A stretch of DNA of 64,000 nucleotides, taken from contig CAZPQW010000011.1 of the NCBI GenBank assembly GCA_964588985.1, forward strand, positions 41,069 through 105,068, given 5' to 3'. Below are positions 38,798-48,101 of the stretch, piece by piece. Below the pieces are notes generated by a model. That model saw only the letters and a list, made by a program, of their open reading frames with translations. It searched no databases and was not told the DNA's origin. Position 1 is the first letter of the stretch. Every line of letters begins with the position of its first letter. Source of the DNA: an uncultured Solirubrobacteraceae bacterium. GTDB lineage: Bacteria; Actinomycetota; Thermoleophilia; Solirubrobacterales; Solirubrobacteraceae. A program made the position numbers and the translations under genes.

Positions 38798-39547
38798 ATG
38801 ACGCCGCTGCTCTCATTCCTGAACGTGACCAAGCGCTACCCGGACGGCGGGCGGGAGATCCTCGTCCTCGACCGCGTCTCGCTCGACATCGAGCCCGGCG
38901 CGTCGGTCGGCGTTTACGGCTCCCGCCGCTCCGGCAAGTCCACGCTGCTGCGCATGGCCGCCGGAGTCGCCTCGCCGGACTCGGGATCGGTCAGCTTCGA
39001 CGGCCACGACATGGCGGACATGACCTCCGCGCAGCGAGGCCGACTGCTGCGCGGAGCGATCGCGTTCATGTGCGCGGACGACTGGCTCGCGAACCCCGGC
39101 GAGAGCATCGCCGACCACGTCGCCACCTCGCTCGGCAGTCAGGGACTGACGATGCGCGAAGCCAGGCATAAGGCGCTGCGGATCCTCGACCACGTCGACA
39201 TCGACGAGAAGGCCTCCGAGAAGATGACCGTGTCGCTGTCACTGACCGAACGCACGCGGGTGATGCTCGCGCGAGCACTTGCCCGAGAGCCGCGCCTGCT
39301 GGTGCTCGACGAACCGGCGGCGATGCCCAGCCCCGGCGACCGCGGCAAGTTCCATGAACTGCTGCGCTCGGTGGCGAGGGAGCGTGGCATGGCGCTGCTC
39401 GTCGCCTCTGAGGAAATGGCGGCACTGAGCGGCTTCGACGTGCTGATGTCGATCTCCGAAGGCGAACTGTGCTCGACCGACGAGCGAGGCATGCTCGCAC
39501 GCCTGCCGAAACCCCCACTGCCCGACCCGGAGCCATCGACACCGTGA
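38798..39547 (+). CDS. Degenerate ABC ATP-binding protein, copy 2
   Basis: GSRRSGKST; signature is LSLTE; LVLDEP; switch His absent (VASEE). Confidence 0.85.
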   Translation: MTPLLSFLNVTKRYPDGGREILVLDRVSLDIEPGASVGVYGSRRSGKSTLLRMAAGVASPDSGSVSFDGHDMADMTSAQRGRLLRGAIAFMCADDWLANPGESIADHVATSLGSQGLTMREARHKALRILDHVDIDEKASEKMTVSLSLTERTRVMLARALAREPRLLVLDEPAAMPSPGDRGKFHELLRSVARERGMALLVASEEMAALSGFDVLMSISEGELCSTDERGMLARLPKPPLPDPEPSTP

Positions 39548-40248
39548 GCACGCTCGAATTGCGCGAGGTCAGCAAGCACTACGCCACCAGCGTGGAGACC
39601 GTCACGGCCGTGGACCGGGTCTCGCTGTCGGTTTCCAGCGGGGAGTTCGTGGCGCTCTACGGCCCGAGCGGATCGGGCAAGACGACGCTGCTGATGCTGG
39701 CGGCCGGCCTCACTCCGCCGGACGACGGCAGCGTGCTGTTCGACGGGCAGAACGTGGGCGCGCTGTCCGAGCGCGACAGTGCTCTCTACCGTCGTCGGGA
39801 TGTGGGCTTCGTCTTTCAGTCCTTCCACCTGATGCCCCATACGTCAGCGCTCGACAACGCCACGATCAAGCTCACCGGCAGCGGCTACACCCTGCGCGAG
39901 GCGCGCACGCAGGCCCTGCCGTGGCTCGAGCGCGTCGGCTTGGCGGCGCGCTCGGAACACACGCCGGAGCAGCTCTCGATGGGTGAGCGACAGCGGGTCG
40001 CGATCGCCCGTGCCCTCGTCAGCGATCCGCGACTGCTGCTGGCGGACGAGCCGACCGGCAATCTCGACTCCAAGCGCAGCCAGGAGATACTCGGGTTGAT
40101 GCGCGACGTCTGCCACGAACGCTCGATTCCCGGAGTGCTCGTCACTCACGACCTCGAAGCCACACGGTTCGTCGATCGCGTGTACACGCTGCGCGACGGA
40201 CAACTGATCGACGGGATGGATTCAGAGCTGGCAGCGACCTCCTCGTGA
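39544..40248 (+). CDS. ABC ATP-binding protein (LolD/MacB-like), copy 2
   Basis: [37 protein letters not shown] and VTHD motifs. Confidence 0.92.
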   Translation: MSTLELREVSKHYATSVETVTAVDRVSLSVSSGEFVALYGPSGSGKTTLLMLAAGLTPPDDGSVLFDGQNVGALSERDSALYRRRDVGFVFQSFHLMPHTSALDNATIKLTGSGYTLREARTQALPWLERVGLAARSEHTPEQLSMGERQRVAIARALVSDPRLLLADEPTGNLDSKRSQEILGLMRDVCHERSIPGVLVTHDLEATRFVDRVYTLRDGQLIDGMDSELAATSS

Positions 40249-42860
40249 GCGGGAGTCCGCGCCCCCGCTTCGCGGGGGTACGCCTCAGCATGCAGGTCCA
40301 TCTCTATCGAGTTCGACTGCGCTCCCATGGGGTCCAGGAGCTGCTCGCCGCCAGCGGCATCGCGATCGGGGTCGCGCTGGTGCTAGGAGTGCTCGTTGCG
40401 AACACGAGCTTGACGAGCTCGGCGGCCGAGCTGCTCCACAGGGTCATCGGCTCTGCCCGCATCCAGCTCGCGGCACGCTCCTCCAGCGGGTTCGACATGA
40501 GGCTGGCGAGCACGAGCGAGCATCTCGCGGGGGTGCGGGTCGCTGCGCCGGTGCTCCGACAGAACATCGCGATGGTCGGCCCGCGTGGCCGTCAATCGGT
40601 GCAACTGCTGGGCGTGACGCCCGCGGTGGCGCTGTTGAATGGCCTGGGCGGACAGGACTCAAGCCGGGCCTCCGGCCTGGCCGGCATCCGTGTAGCCGGC
40701 GGACTCGCCTCCGGCCTAGAGGCGATCGGCGTCGGCGGCGGACTGATCCTGCCGTCGAGCGTCGCCGTCGCCACAGGCGCGAAGGTCGGTGGGCAGGTAA
40801 CGGTCTTTGCTCGCGGATACGCGAGCCGCATCAGGGTCGCGGCTGTGCTGAGCGACTCCAAGGTCGGTGCGCTCGCATCCAGCCCGATCGCGATCACACA
40901 GCTACCCGTAGCGCAGCGCCTCACAGGGCTCAAAGGTCGTGTGACGCAGGTTTACTACGAGCCGCTGCGGGGCGCGGATCGCCTACTGGCCGGCGAGCTG
41001 CGCACCCTCGCCGCTGGACGGCTGGACGTCCTGCCGGCCGACAACGAACTGCGCCTGCTCGATCAAGCCGCGAAGCCCAACGACCAGTCGACGTCGCTGT
41101 TCGCGGCGATCAGCGTGATGGTCGGCTTCCTGCTGGCCGTCAACGCGATGCTGCTAACCGTGCCGGAGCGTCGGCGCTTCGTCGCGGATCTGCGCATGCA
41201 GGGATACGACTGGCGCCAGATCCTCGCGCTGCTCGCCTTTCAGGCGATCGTCCTCGGCCTCTTCGCCTCGGCTGTCGGCGTACTGCTCGGTGACCTGCTC
41301 GCCCACGCCTCCTTCCACAGCATTCCCTCCTATCTGACGACCGCGTTCCCGATCGGCAGCCAGGAGATCCTGCACGCGGAAACGGTGCTCCTGGCGCTGG
41401 GATGCGGTGTGGTCGCGACGATCCTCGTCTCGGTCTCCCCCGTCTTCGACCTGCGCCCCAACCGCCCCACAGACGCCATCTTCCGGGATCGCTCCGGCGG
41501 CAACGAGGTCCTCACGCGGCGCACCACCCTGAAGCTCGCGCTCGTCGGTGTCGGCCTCGCGAGCCTGATCACGGCACTCGTCCTGGTGGAAGCGAGCTTG
41601 ACGGTCCTGGGCGGCGTGGCTCTCGCGGTGACGACTCTCTGCGCGCTCCCGATCGCGTTCGCGGTGGTCTCCCGGGCGCTGCGATGGATCGGCGAGCGTG
41701 CTCGCAGCAGCGCACTGATCGTCGTCGTGTCGGAGCTGCGTGCGGTCACCACTCGTTCGGTGGCGCTCGCGGGCATCGCGGCGCTCGCGGTCTACGGGAG
41801 TGTCGCGATCGGAGGAGCTCGTGCCGATCTCGTCCGCGGCCTGGAGATCAACTTCAACGAATATCTCCAATCGGCAGATGTGTGGGTGACGACCGGCGGG
41901 AACGACCCCGGGATCACCAACAGCTTTCACGAAGAAGGCGAGACCGCGGCTATCGCGCGCGTCGCGGGCGTCGTATCGGCACGCACCTACCACGGCGGGT
42001 TTCTCGACGTCGGGGCGCGTCGGATATGGATCATCGCGAGATCCCCCGCGGACGGCAGCCCGATCCCGGCCACCCAGATGGAGCAGGGAAGCCTCACGAA
42101 TGCCACGCGACTGTTGCGCGGGACGGGATGGGCGACCGTGCCGGACGGCTTTGCCCAGGAACACCACCTCGGCATCGATCAATCCTTCTCACTGCCGACA
42201 CCGACCGGACAGGCGCACCTGCGCGTCGCAGCGATCACGACGAACCTGGGATGGCCTCCCGGTGGTGTGGTCGTGAGCGCCGCCGACTACAGCCGCTACT
42301 GGCAGCATGAAGATCCAACCGCGATCGAGGTCAACTTCAAGCCAGGGATTCCCGCCTCGATCGCCAGACTCGCGGTGGCGCGAGCGCTCGGCAACCGTCC
42401 AGGGCTGACAGTCCAAAGCTTCCCGGAACGTAGCGCCGAATACGCGCAAGCCTCACGTCAGGGACTTCAGGCTCTCAGCGAGATCGCGAGCCTGCTGTTG
42501 ATTGCCGCGGCCCTCGCGGTCGCGTCGGCGTTGAGCGCCGCGATCTGGCAGCGGCGCGCTCGACTCGCGTCGCTGAAGATCCAGGGCTACGACACCAAAC
42601 AGCTCTGGCGGGCACTGCTGCTCGAGAGCACTCTCGTGCTCGGCGTGGGCTGCTCGATCGGAGCGGTCGCGGGCGTCTACGGCCACGCGCTCGCAAGCCG
42701 CTGGCTGCGGCTGACGACCGGCTCTCCTGCGCCATTCGCGGTGGACGTGAAGGAAGTGACGATCACGCTCGCGTCGCTCGCGGCGATCGCACTGGCCGTG
42801 ATCGCGGTACCCGGACTTGCGGCCGCGCGTGCACCAGCGCGTACGAGTCTTCAGGAGTAA
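40245..42860 (+). CDS. FtsX/MacB-type ABC transporter permease, copy 2
   Basis: 871 aa; QELLA..GIA.GVAL, NAMLLTVPERRRFVA and YGHALASRWL shared with copy 1. Confidence 0.88.
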   Translation: MSGSPRPRFAGVRLSMQVHLYRVRLRSHGVQELLAASGIAIGVALVLGVLVANTSLTSSAAELLHRVIGSARIQLAARSSSGFDMRLASTSEHLAGVRVAAPVLRQNIAMVGPRGRQSVQLLGVTPAVALLNGLGGQDSSRASGLAGIRVAGGLASGLEAIGVGGGLILPSSVAVATGAKVGGQVTVFARGYASRIRVAAVLSDSKVGALASSPIAITQLPVAQRLTGLKGRVTQVYYEPLRGADRLLAGELRTLAAGRLDVLPADNELRLLDQAAKPNDQSTSLFAAISVMVGFLLAVNAMLLTVPERRRFVADLRMQGYDWRQILALLAFQAIVLGLFASAVGVLLGDLLAHASFHSIPSYLTTAFPIGSQEILHAETVLLALGCGVVATILVSVSPVFDLRPNRPTDAIFRDRSGGNEVLTRRTTLKLALVGVGLASLITALVLVEASLTVLGGVALAVTTLCALPIAFAVVSRALRWIGERARSSALIVVVSELRAVTTRSVALAGIAALAVYGSVAIGGARADLVRGLEINFNEYLQSADVWVTTGGNDPGITNSFHEEGETAAIARVAGVVSARTYHGGFLDVGARRIWIIARSPADGSPIPATQMEQGSLTNATRLLRGTGWATVPDGFAQEHHLGIDQSFSLPTPTGQAHLRVAAITTNLGWPPGGVVVSAADYSRYWQHEDPTAIEVNFKPGIPASIARLAVARALGNRPGLTVQSFPERSAEYAQASRQGLQALSEIASLLLIAAALAVASALSAAIWQRRARLASLKIQGYDTKQLWRALLLESTLVLGVGCSIGAVAGVYGHALASRWLRLTTGSPAPFAVDVKEVTITLASLAAIALAVIAVPGLAAARAPARTSLQE

Positions 42861-42898
42861 ATGTGTAGTAACCGATACCGCAGGCCGAAACTGTTCCT

Positions 42899-44005
42899 GT
42901 GGCCGGCTACCCCAGGAGTCGATTAGGTCTGGCCAGAGCGTTTTCGGGCGCAGCCGCAAAGTATTGGCTCGAGATCTTCCCCCAGGTCAAACGCGAGCTG
43001 CGCCACTGGCATCGACAAGCGCTTCGAATCCCGGACCCGGGACTGCGACGCCAAGCCCTGGCCACCCAACATGCCGAGCGTGGCAATCTCGACGGGGCTG
43101 CGGCGTTCGCCGTGCTCGCACCCCGCGCCCACCGGGCGCAGGTGGTGCGCGCCAGCATCGCGTTCCAAATCGCCTACGAATACGTCGACTCGCTCGCCGA
43201 GGAGCCCAACAGCGACCCGCTGGCGAATGGCGAGCGGCTTCACCTGGCGCTGCTCGCGGCGCTCGATCCACACATCGAGCAGCCCGACTACTACGAGTTC
43301 CATGCGGGCAAATGCGACAACGGCTACATCACATACCTCGTCGGCACCTGCAGAGAGGCACTCGCCACGCTCCCGTCCTACGACACAGTGGCAGACGATG
43401 CGCTGCGGGCCGCGCGACGCATGGCCGCCTACCAGAGCCTCAACCACGATCCTCGCGGAGAGGTCATGGCGCTCGCGCGGTGGGCCTCGGACCTGACGCC
43501 CACTGGAACTGGACTGCGCTGGTGGGAGACGGCAGCCGGCGCGGCTTCCTCGCTCACCCTCCTTCCTCTCATCGCGGCAGCCGCACAGCCCGCGCTCGAC
43601 GCAAGTGAGGCCAGCGCGATGGACAGCGCCTACTTCCCATGGATTGGCTCCCTCAACCAGTTGCTCGACAGCCTGATCGACCAGGCCGCGGATCGCGAGG
43701 CCGGCCATCACAGCCTCGTCGATCACTACGTGTCGATCGAGGAAATGGCTGCACGCCTCGGCTCGATCGCGACCCGCGCCATGCAGGCCACCGAGTCGAT
43801 ATCCGGGAGCATCCAGCATGCGCTGATCCTCGCGGCGATGAGTAGCTACTACCTCTCGGCGCCAGGAGCGCTGACTCCCAGCGCGAGAGTCGTGGCGCGA
43901 CATGTGCTGGATGCCATGGGTGCGTTGGCGAAGCCCACGATGCTCATCCTGCGCATGCGACGCGAGGCCGGTCGGCTTCTCACCGACCCGATCGTCGACA
44001 GTTAG
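42899..44005 (+). CDS. DUF2600 / YtpB-like terpene cyclase, copy 2
   Basis: YWL...P...RE.RHW, RGNLDGAAAFA, QIAYEYVD, WWETAAGAASSL and YFPWIGSLNQLLDSLID motifs. Confidence 0.8.
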   Translation: MAGYPRSRLGLARAFSGAAAKYWLEIFPQVKRELRHWHRQALRIPDPGLRRQALATQHAERGNLDGAAAFAVLAPRAHRAQVVRASIAFQIAYEYVDSLAEEPNSDPLANGERLHLALLAALDPHIEQPDYYEFHAGKCDNGYITYLVGTCREALATLPSYDTVADDALRAARRMAAYQSLNHDPRGEVMALARWASDLTPTGTGLRWWETAAGAASSLTLLPLIAAAAQPALDASEASAMDSAYFPWIGSLNQLLDSLIDQAADREAGHHSLVDHYVSIEEMAARLGSIATRAMQATESISGSIQHALILAAMSSYYLSAPGALTPSARVVARHVLDAMGALAKPTMLILRMRREAGRLLTDPIVDS

Positions 44006-44174
44006 AAAACGGCCTCTTAGACGATTCGCCATAAGTTACTCGAGAGTCAAGTATTGGACTTTCCCCTTGTCGCGGATTCGCACCATCGACATGATCATAG
44101 GTGCGTGACACTGGATCGAAACGCTGTCCTTCTGCGTATCCAAGTCCAGATTCCCGCTCTCGTCTCGCCAGTGA

Positions 44175-44205
44175 GTGAGCCGGGCGTCCCTGGCGTCCGG
44201 CTCAC
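44175..44205 (+). other. Strong stem-loop in the leader of IclR-HTH copy 2
   Basis: GTGAGCCGGGCGTC-CCT-GGCGTCCGGCTCAC: 14 bp stem with two G-U pairs on the + strand. Confidence 0.6.
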
Positions 44206-44229
44206 GTTTGATCGCACGATCGGGTCTCA

Positions 44230-44592
44230 GTGACAGACGACAATTCAATCTCGATAGAGCTCACCAGCAAGCAGATCGACCGCATCATCCGCGGCGCGTC
44301 GTCGCGGGACTTCGCGTCCAACCTGATGCGTGGGCTGGCGGACAGTCAGGCGCCGCCGCCGGACTTCGAAGCGCTCTCCGAGAGCCCCCGCCTGTCGCGC
44401 TCGCTACTGCTCGGCCTGCTCGTGCTGGCGTGCTTCCCAACGGACGGGAGCACCGTGGCGGTGACCCAGATCGCGGCGCGCTTGGGGATGAGCGCGAGCA
44501 CGACGCACCGCTACATGACCACGCTCCTGGCGGTGGGCCTGCTCGAACAGGACTCGCGCACCCGTCGCTACCGGCTGCCGGTCGACGACTGA
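44230..44592 (+). CDS. IclR-type HTH-only protein, copy 2
   Basis: IELT..Q.DR..RGAS, LSRSLL.GLL.LACFPTDG, ST.HRY..TL..VGLLE.D..TR.YRL. Confidence 0.82.
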   Translation: MTDDNSISIELTSKQIDRIIRGASSRDFASNLMRGLADSQAPPPDFEALSESPRLSRSLLLGLLVLACFPTDGSTVAVTQIAARLGMSASTTHRYMTTLLAVGLLEQDSRTRRYRLPVDD

Positions 44593-44594
44593 CG

Positions 44595-46088
44595 CTAGGC
44601 GGAAGCGGTGGCACGCTCGCGCGCCGGCGTGAAGCCGGGCAGCTCGAGCTCGATACTTGCGCCGCCCTCGGGCGAGGCGCCGGCGGTCACCGTGCCGCCG
44701 TGCGCATCGGCGATCGCGCGTACGATCGCCAGCCCCAGGCCCGTCCCTCCAGACTTGCGGTCGCGCGCCGCATCGGTGCGATGGAAGCGACCGAAGATCC
44801 GCTCGCGCTGATCCACCGGGATACCGGGACCGTCGTCTTCCACCAGGAACCGTACTCGCCCGCGAGGAGCCCGCTCGACGCGCATGCGAACCAGCCCCAC
44901 TCCCGGAGAGGTGTGGTCGATCGCGTTGCCGAGCAGGTTGCGCAGCGCCTGCGCGAGGCGATCGGGGTCGGCCCGGAGCACGCCCCCGGGCACGCGATCG
45001 AGCTCGAAGCGGCGATCGGCGATCAGGCTCGTACCATCCCACAGCTCGCGAACGTAGTCGGCGAGCTCGACGCTCTCCACCCGCAGGAACTCCGTGTGCT
45101 CCGTCTTGGCCAGCAGCAGCAGGTCGTCGACCAGGCGGCTGACGCGGGCGATCTCAGCCTGCACTAAGCGCTCCACCCGGCGCACCTCCTCCCCGGACGG
45201 GTTGCTCTGCGCCGCCAGCACTTCGAGCTGTCCGCGAATCACCGTCAGCGGCGTGCGCAGCTCGTGCGACGCGTCGGCCACGAACGCACGCTGGCCCGCG
45301 AACGCGTCGGTGAGTCGGTCGAGCATGTGGTTGAAGGCATCCGCCAGCACCTTCACCTCCTCGCCCTCCCCGCCCGAGTCGTGTATCCGCGGGTGCAGGT
45401 CGCCGGCGTCCACCCGCGCGGCCACGGCGGCCATCCTGCGCAGCGGACGCGACAGGCGAGCGCCCAGGAAGTAGGAGGCCAAGATCGCCCCCGCGAGAGC
45501 CAGCAGGCCTGCGAGCACGAACGCGCCGGCGACGCTTCGCTGGGCGTGGGCGACCGCGGCGAGGGGCTCACCGACCCCCACGGTCACCGCAAGACCGCCA
45601 CGAACGCGCACCACGCGCTTGAGCAGACGCAGGTCGCCGACATCGGGAAGAGCCACCGTCGAGTACCCCTGATGTGCCGTCTGCAGGCGCGTCGAAAGGC
45701 GGTTCTCAGCTTCCTGCGCGGCCGTGCTCTCGCCGTCGTCCGGCTGGACGCGCGAGAACAGCTCGGGGCGGTTGGTGCTGGTGGGAGCGCCCGACACGAG
45801 CACGAACAACAGGGTCGAGCTGGCACTGAACGGCTGGTTGCGTACATAGCGGGCCGCGGCCGAGGCGACGCCGCGGGGGGTACGCGCCTGTGTGAGCGTG
45901 AGGTTGTCCGTCAGCTCGCTCGCGTCGCCGCCCAGCTCCTGGTCGATCTGATGGCGCAGCTGGGTGGCGGTGCCGCGATACACCGCCACGAAAACGATCG
46001 CCGTGCACATCAGGGTCACCAGCGTCAGCCAGCCGGCCAGGCGCCAGCGCAGTCCCCTGGGGCGCAGGCGCGCGAGGATCTCGCGCAC
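44595..46088 (-). CDS. HAMP-domain sensor histidine kinase
   Basis: Two TM segments, HAMP, DASHELRTPL, NLLGNA, DDGPGI and GTGLGL motifs. Confidence 0.93.
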   Translation of the reverse strand: MREILARLRPRGLRWRLAGWLTLVTLMCTAIVFVAVYRGTATQLRHQIDQELGGDASELTDNLTLTQARTPRGVASAAARYVRNQPFSASSTLLFVLVSGAPTSTNRPELFSRVQPDDGESTAAQEAENRLSTRLQTAHQGYSTVALPDVGDLRLLKRVVRVRGGLAVTVGVGEPLAAVAHAQRSVAGAFVLAGLLALAGAILASYFLGARLSRPLRRMAAVAARVDAGDLHPRIHDSGGEGEEVKVLADAFNHMLDRLTDAFAGQRAFVADASHELRTPLTVIRGQLEVLAAQSNPSGEEVRRVERLVQAEIARVSRLVDDLLLLAKTEHTEFLRVESVELADYVRELWDGTSLIADRRFELDRVPGGVLRADPDRLAQALRNLLGNAIDHTSPGVGLVRMRVERAPRGRVRFLVEDDGPGIPVDQRERIFGRFHRTDAARDRKSGGTGLGLAIVRAIADAHGGTVTAGASPEGGASIELELPGFTPARERATASA

Positions 46089-46093
46089 GATTC

Positions 46094-46852
46094 TCAGGCG
46101 CCGCCGCCGAGCCTATATCCGACGGCTCGCACGGTGTGTATCGGAGCGGGATCGCCAGGCTGGCCGAGCTTGCGCCGCAGATATCCGACGTAGACGTCCA
46201 CAACGTTGGTCGCGGGATCGTGCTCGTAGCCCCACACGGAGCTGAGGATCTCCTCGCGCGAGACGACTCTGCCGTGGTTGCGCAGGAGGTACACGAGCAA
46301 CTCGAACTCGGTCGTCGACAACGCGGCCGAACGTCCGTTGCGGCGCACCTTGCGACTCAGCAGATCGACCTCGATGCCCTCCGCCGCCAGCGAGCTCGAC
46401 GACGCCTGCGCGATCACACGCAGCTGGGCGCGCACGCGCGCGACGAGCTCCGCCATCGAGAACGGCTTGACCAGGTAGTCCACTGCGCCCGCTTCGAGTC
46501 CCTCGACGCGGTCCTCGATCTCACCGCGAGCGGTGAGCACGATCACCGGCACGCTCGGTGTCGCCCTGCGAACGGCTTGCAGGATCTCGAGGCCGCTGCG
46601 CCCGGGGAGCATCAGGTCGAGGACGATCGCGTCGAAGCCGCCCTTCAGCGCCAGCCGCTCTCCCTCGATGCCGTCCAGCACGGCCTGCACGGCAAAGCCC
46701 TCCGCCTCGAACCCCCGGCTGACGAAATCGACGATCCCCGGCTCGTCCTCGATCAGGAGCACGCTCGCCGTGTGCGACGAAGTGCCCGCAGCCCCGCCAT
46801 CCACGGCTATGCCCGCAGACTGCGGCTCAGGGGCATCGACGGCATTTGCCAT
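46094..46852 (-). CDS. OmpR-family response regulator
   Basis: IEDE, LDLMLP, KPFS and NVVDVYVGYLRRKL motifs. Confidence 0.94.
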   Translation of the reverse strand: MANAVDAPEPQSAGIAVDGGAAGTSSHTASVLLIEDEPGIVDFVSRGFEAEGFAVQAVLDGIEGERLALKGGFDAIVLDLMLPGRSGLEILQAVRRATPSVPVIVLTARGEIEDRVEGLEAGAVDYLVKPFSMAELVARVRAQLRVIAQASSSSLAAEGIEVDLLSRKVRRNGRSAALSTTEFELLVYLLRNHGRVVSREEILSSVWGYEHDPATNVVDVYVGYLRRKLGQPGDPAPIHTVRAVGYRLGGGA

Positions 46853-46903
46853 GCCTCAAGGATATGCATCGCTACCGGCGCCGCTTTTCCTGCCCCTCGA
46901 TTC

Positions 46904-46919
46904 GATGAGGTTTCTCATC
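46904..46919. promoter_or_regulatory. Palindromic operator between the two-component system and the ApbE cluster
   Basis: GATGAG-GTTT-CTCATC. Confidence 0.45.
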
Positions 46920-46962
46920 CGGGAGTTACCCCATCCTTAGTCAATATGAACACACTGCCTCC

Positions 46963-47634
46963 ATGGCCATCGACCAGCAGACAACCAGCCCGCGCACAGC
47001 CGGGTACCCCGCACGGGCGCGAAATCGGCGCCTGACGGGTGGCGGCTCGACCGGCAACGAACGCCTCACCGCCGTCAACGGCGCGATCCTCATCGCGCTA
47101 CTGGCGGTGATCGGCCTGACGCTGCTGCGCCTGCGCCCACTGCTGTCGGTGCACCTGTTCGTCGGGATGCTGCTGATCCCACCGGTCCTACTCAAGCTCG
47201 CCAGCACCGGCTACAGGTTCATCCGCTACTACACCCACGACCCGGTCTACCGCCGCAAGGGGCCGCCGCCGACGCTGCTGCGGATGCTCGCGCCGATGAT
47301 GGTGCTGACCACCGTCGTGGTGCTCGCCAGCGGGGTGGCGCTGCTGTTCATCGGCCCCTCCTCGCGCGACACGTTGCTGCCGGTACACAAGGTGAGCTTC
47401 ATCCTCTGGAGCGCTTTCTTCGCACTTCACGTGCTTGGCCACCTCATCGAGCTGCCGCACGCGCTGCGTGCCGATTATTCACCCTCGGCTCGTCTCACCG
47501 GTGATGTGACAGGACGGTCGGGACGCACACTCGCGCTCGCCGGCGCACTCGTCGCGGGGGTGGTGCTCGCGATCCTCGTGATCCCCGAATTCGGGCCGTG
47601 GCTGCACAACACGAACCTGTTCCACGACCACTAG
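46963..47634 (+). CDS. Membrane protein, possibly cytochrome b-like
   Basis: Five TM segments with His in the helices (HLFVG, HKVSF, LHVLGH). Confidence 0.65.
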   Translation: MAIDQQTTSPRTAGYPARARNRRLTGGGSTGNERLTAVNGAILIALLAVIGLTLLRLRPLLSVHLFVGMLLIPPVLLKLASTGYRFIRYYTHDPVYRRKGPPPTLLRMLAPMMVLTTVVVLASGVALLFIGPSSRDTLLPVHKVSFILWSAFFALHVLGHLIELPHALRADYSPSARLTGDVTGRSGRTLALAGALVAGVVLAILVIPEFGPWLHNTNLFHDH

Positions 47635-47639
47635 CCCAA

Positions 47640-48101
47640 ATGCACATACACACAACTCACACGCGAGATGCGGCGCTGCGCGAGCTCAACCGGCTCACCC
47701 GCTGGATGATCGCCGGCAGCATCGTCCTCACCGGGATTCTCTCCGATGTCGCTGCGAGCGCATTCTCTGGAAAAGCGACCAAGCACAACGCGAAGAGCAA
47801 GAGCGCGGCCGCTCACCACAAAGCACCCAAGACCTCCACCGGCACCTCCACCGGCGTGCTCAAAGCGCCGGCCCAGACACCAACCACGCCGACGGAAGAA
47901 CCTTCACACGAATCGACTCCCCAGGAATCCGCTCCGACGAACGAATCCGCGCCCGCGCAGGAACCCGCCCCGGAACAGGAATCCGCACCGACGCAGGAAT
48001 CGGCGCCGGCGCAGGAAGCGCCCCCCGAACCGACGCAGGAAGCAGCGCCCGAACCAGCGCCGGCGGAAGAATCGGGTCCGGTCGTCTCGGGAGGCTCCTG
48101 A
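47640..48101 (+). CDS. Membrane-anchored low-complexity protein ending in SGGS (candidate ApbE substrate)
   Basis: One TM, Glu/Pro/Ala repeats, C-terminal PVVSGGS; stop overlaps the apbE start (TGATG). Confidence 0.7.
   Translation: MHIHTTHTRDAALRELNRLTRWMIAGSIVLTGILSDVAASAFSGKATKHNAKSKSAAAHHKAPKTSTGTSTGVLKAPAQTPTTPTEEPSHESTPQESAPTNESAPAQEPAPEQESAPTQESAPAQEAPPEPTQEAAPEPAPAEESGPVVSGGS
47910..48070 (+). repeat. Degenerate 18 bp coding tandem repeat (QESAPx)
   Basis: GAATCCGCTCCGACGAAC / GAATCCGCGCCCGCGCAG / GAATCCGCACCGACGCAG / GAATCGGCGCCGGCGCAG and similar units. Confidence 0.8.

Noticed and set aside
47910-48070. Short repeats as a possible CRISPR array
   Set aside because: In-frame 18 bp degenerate units with no spacers and no cas genes.
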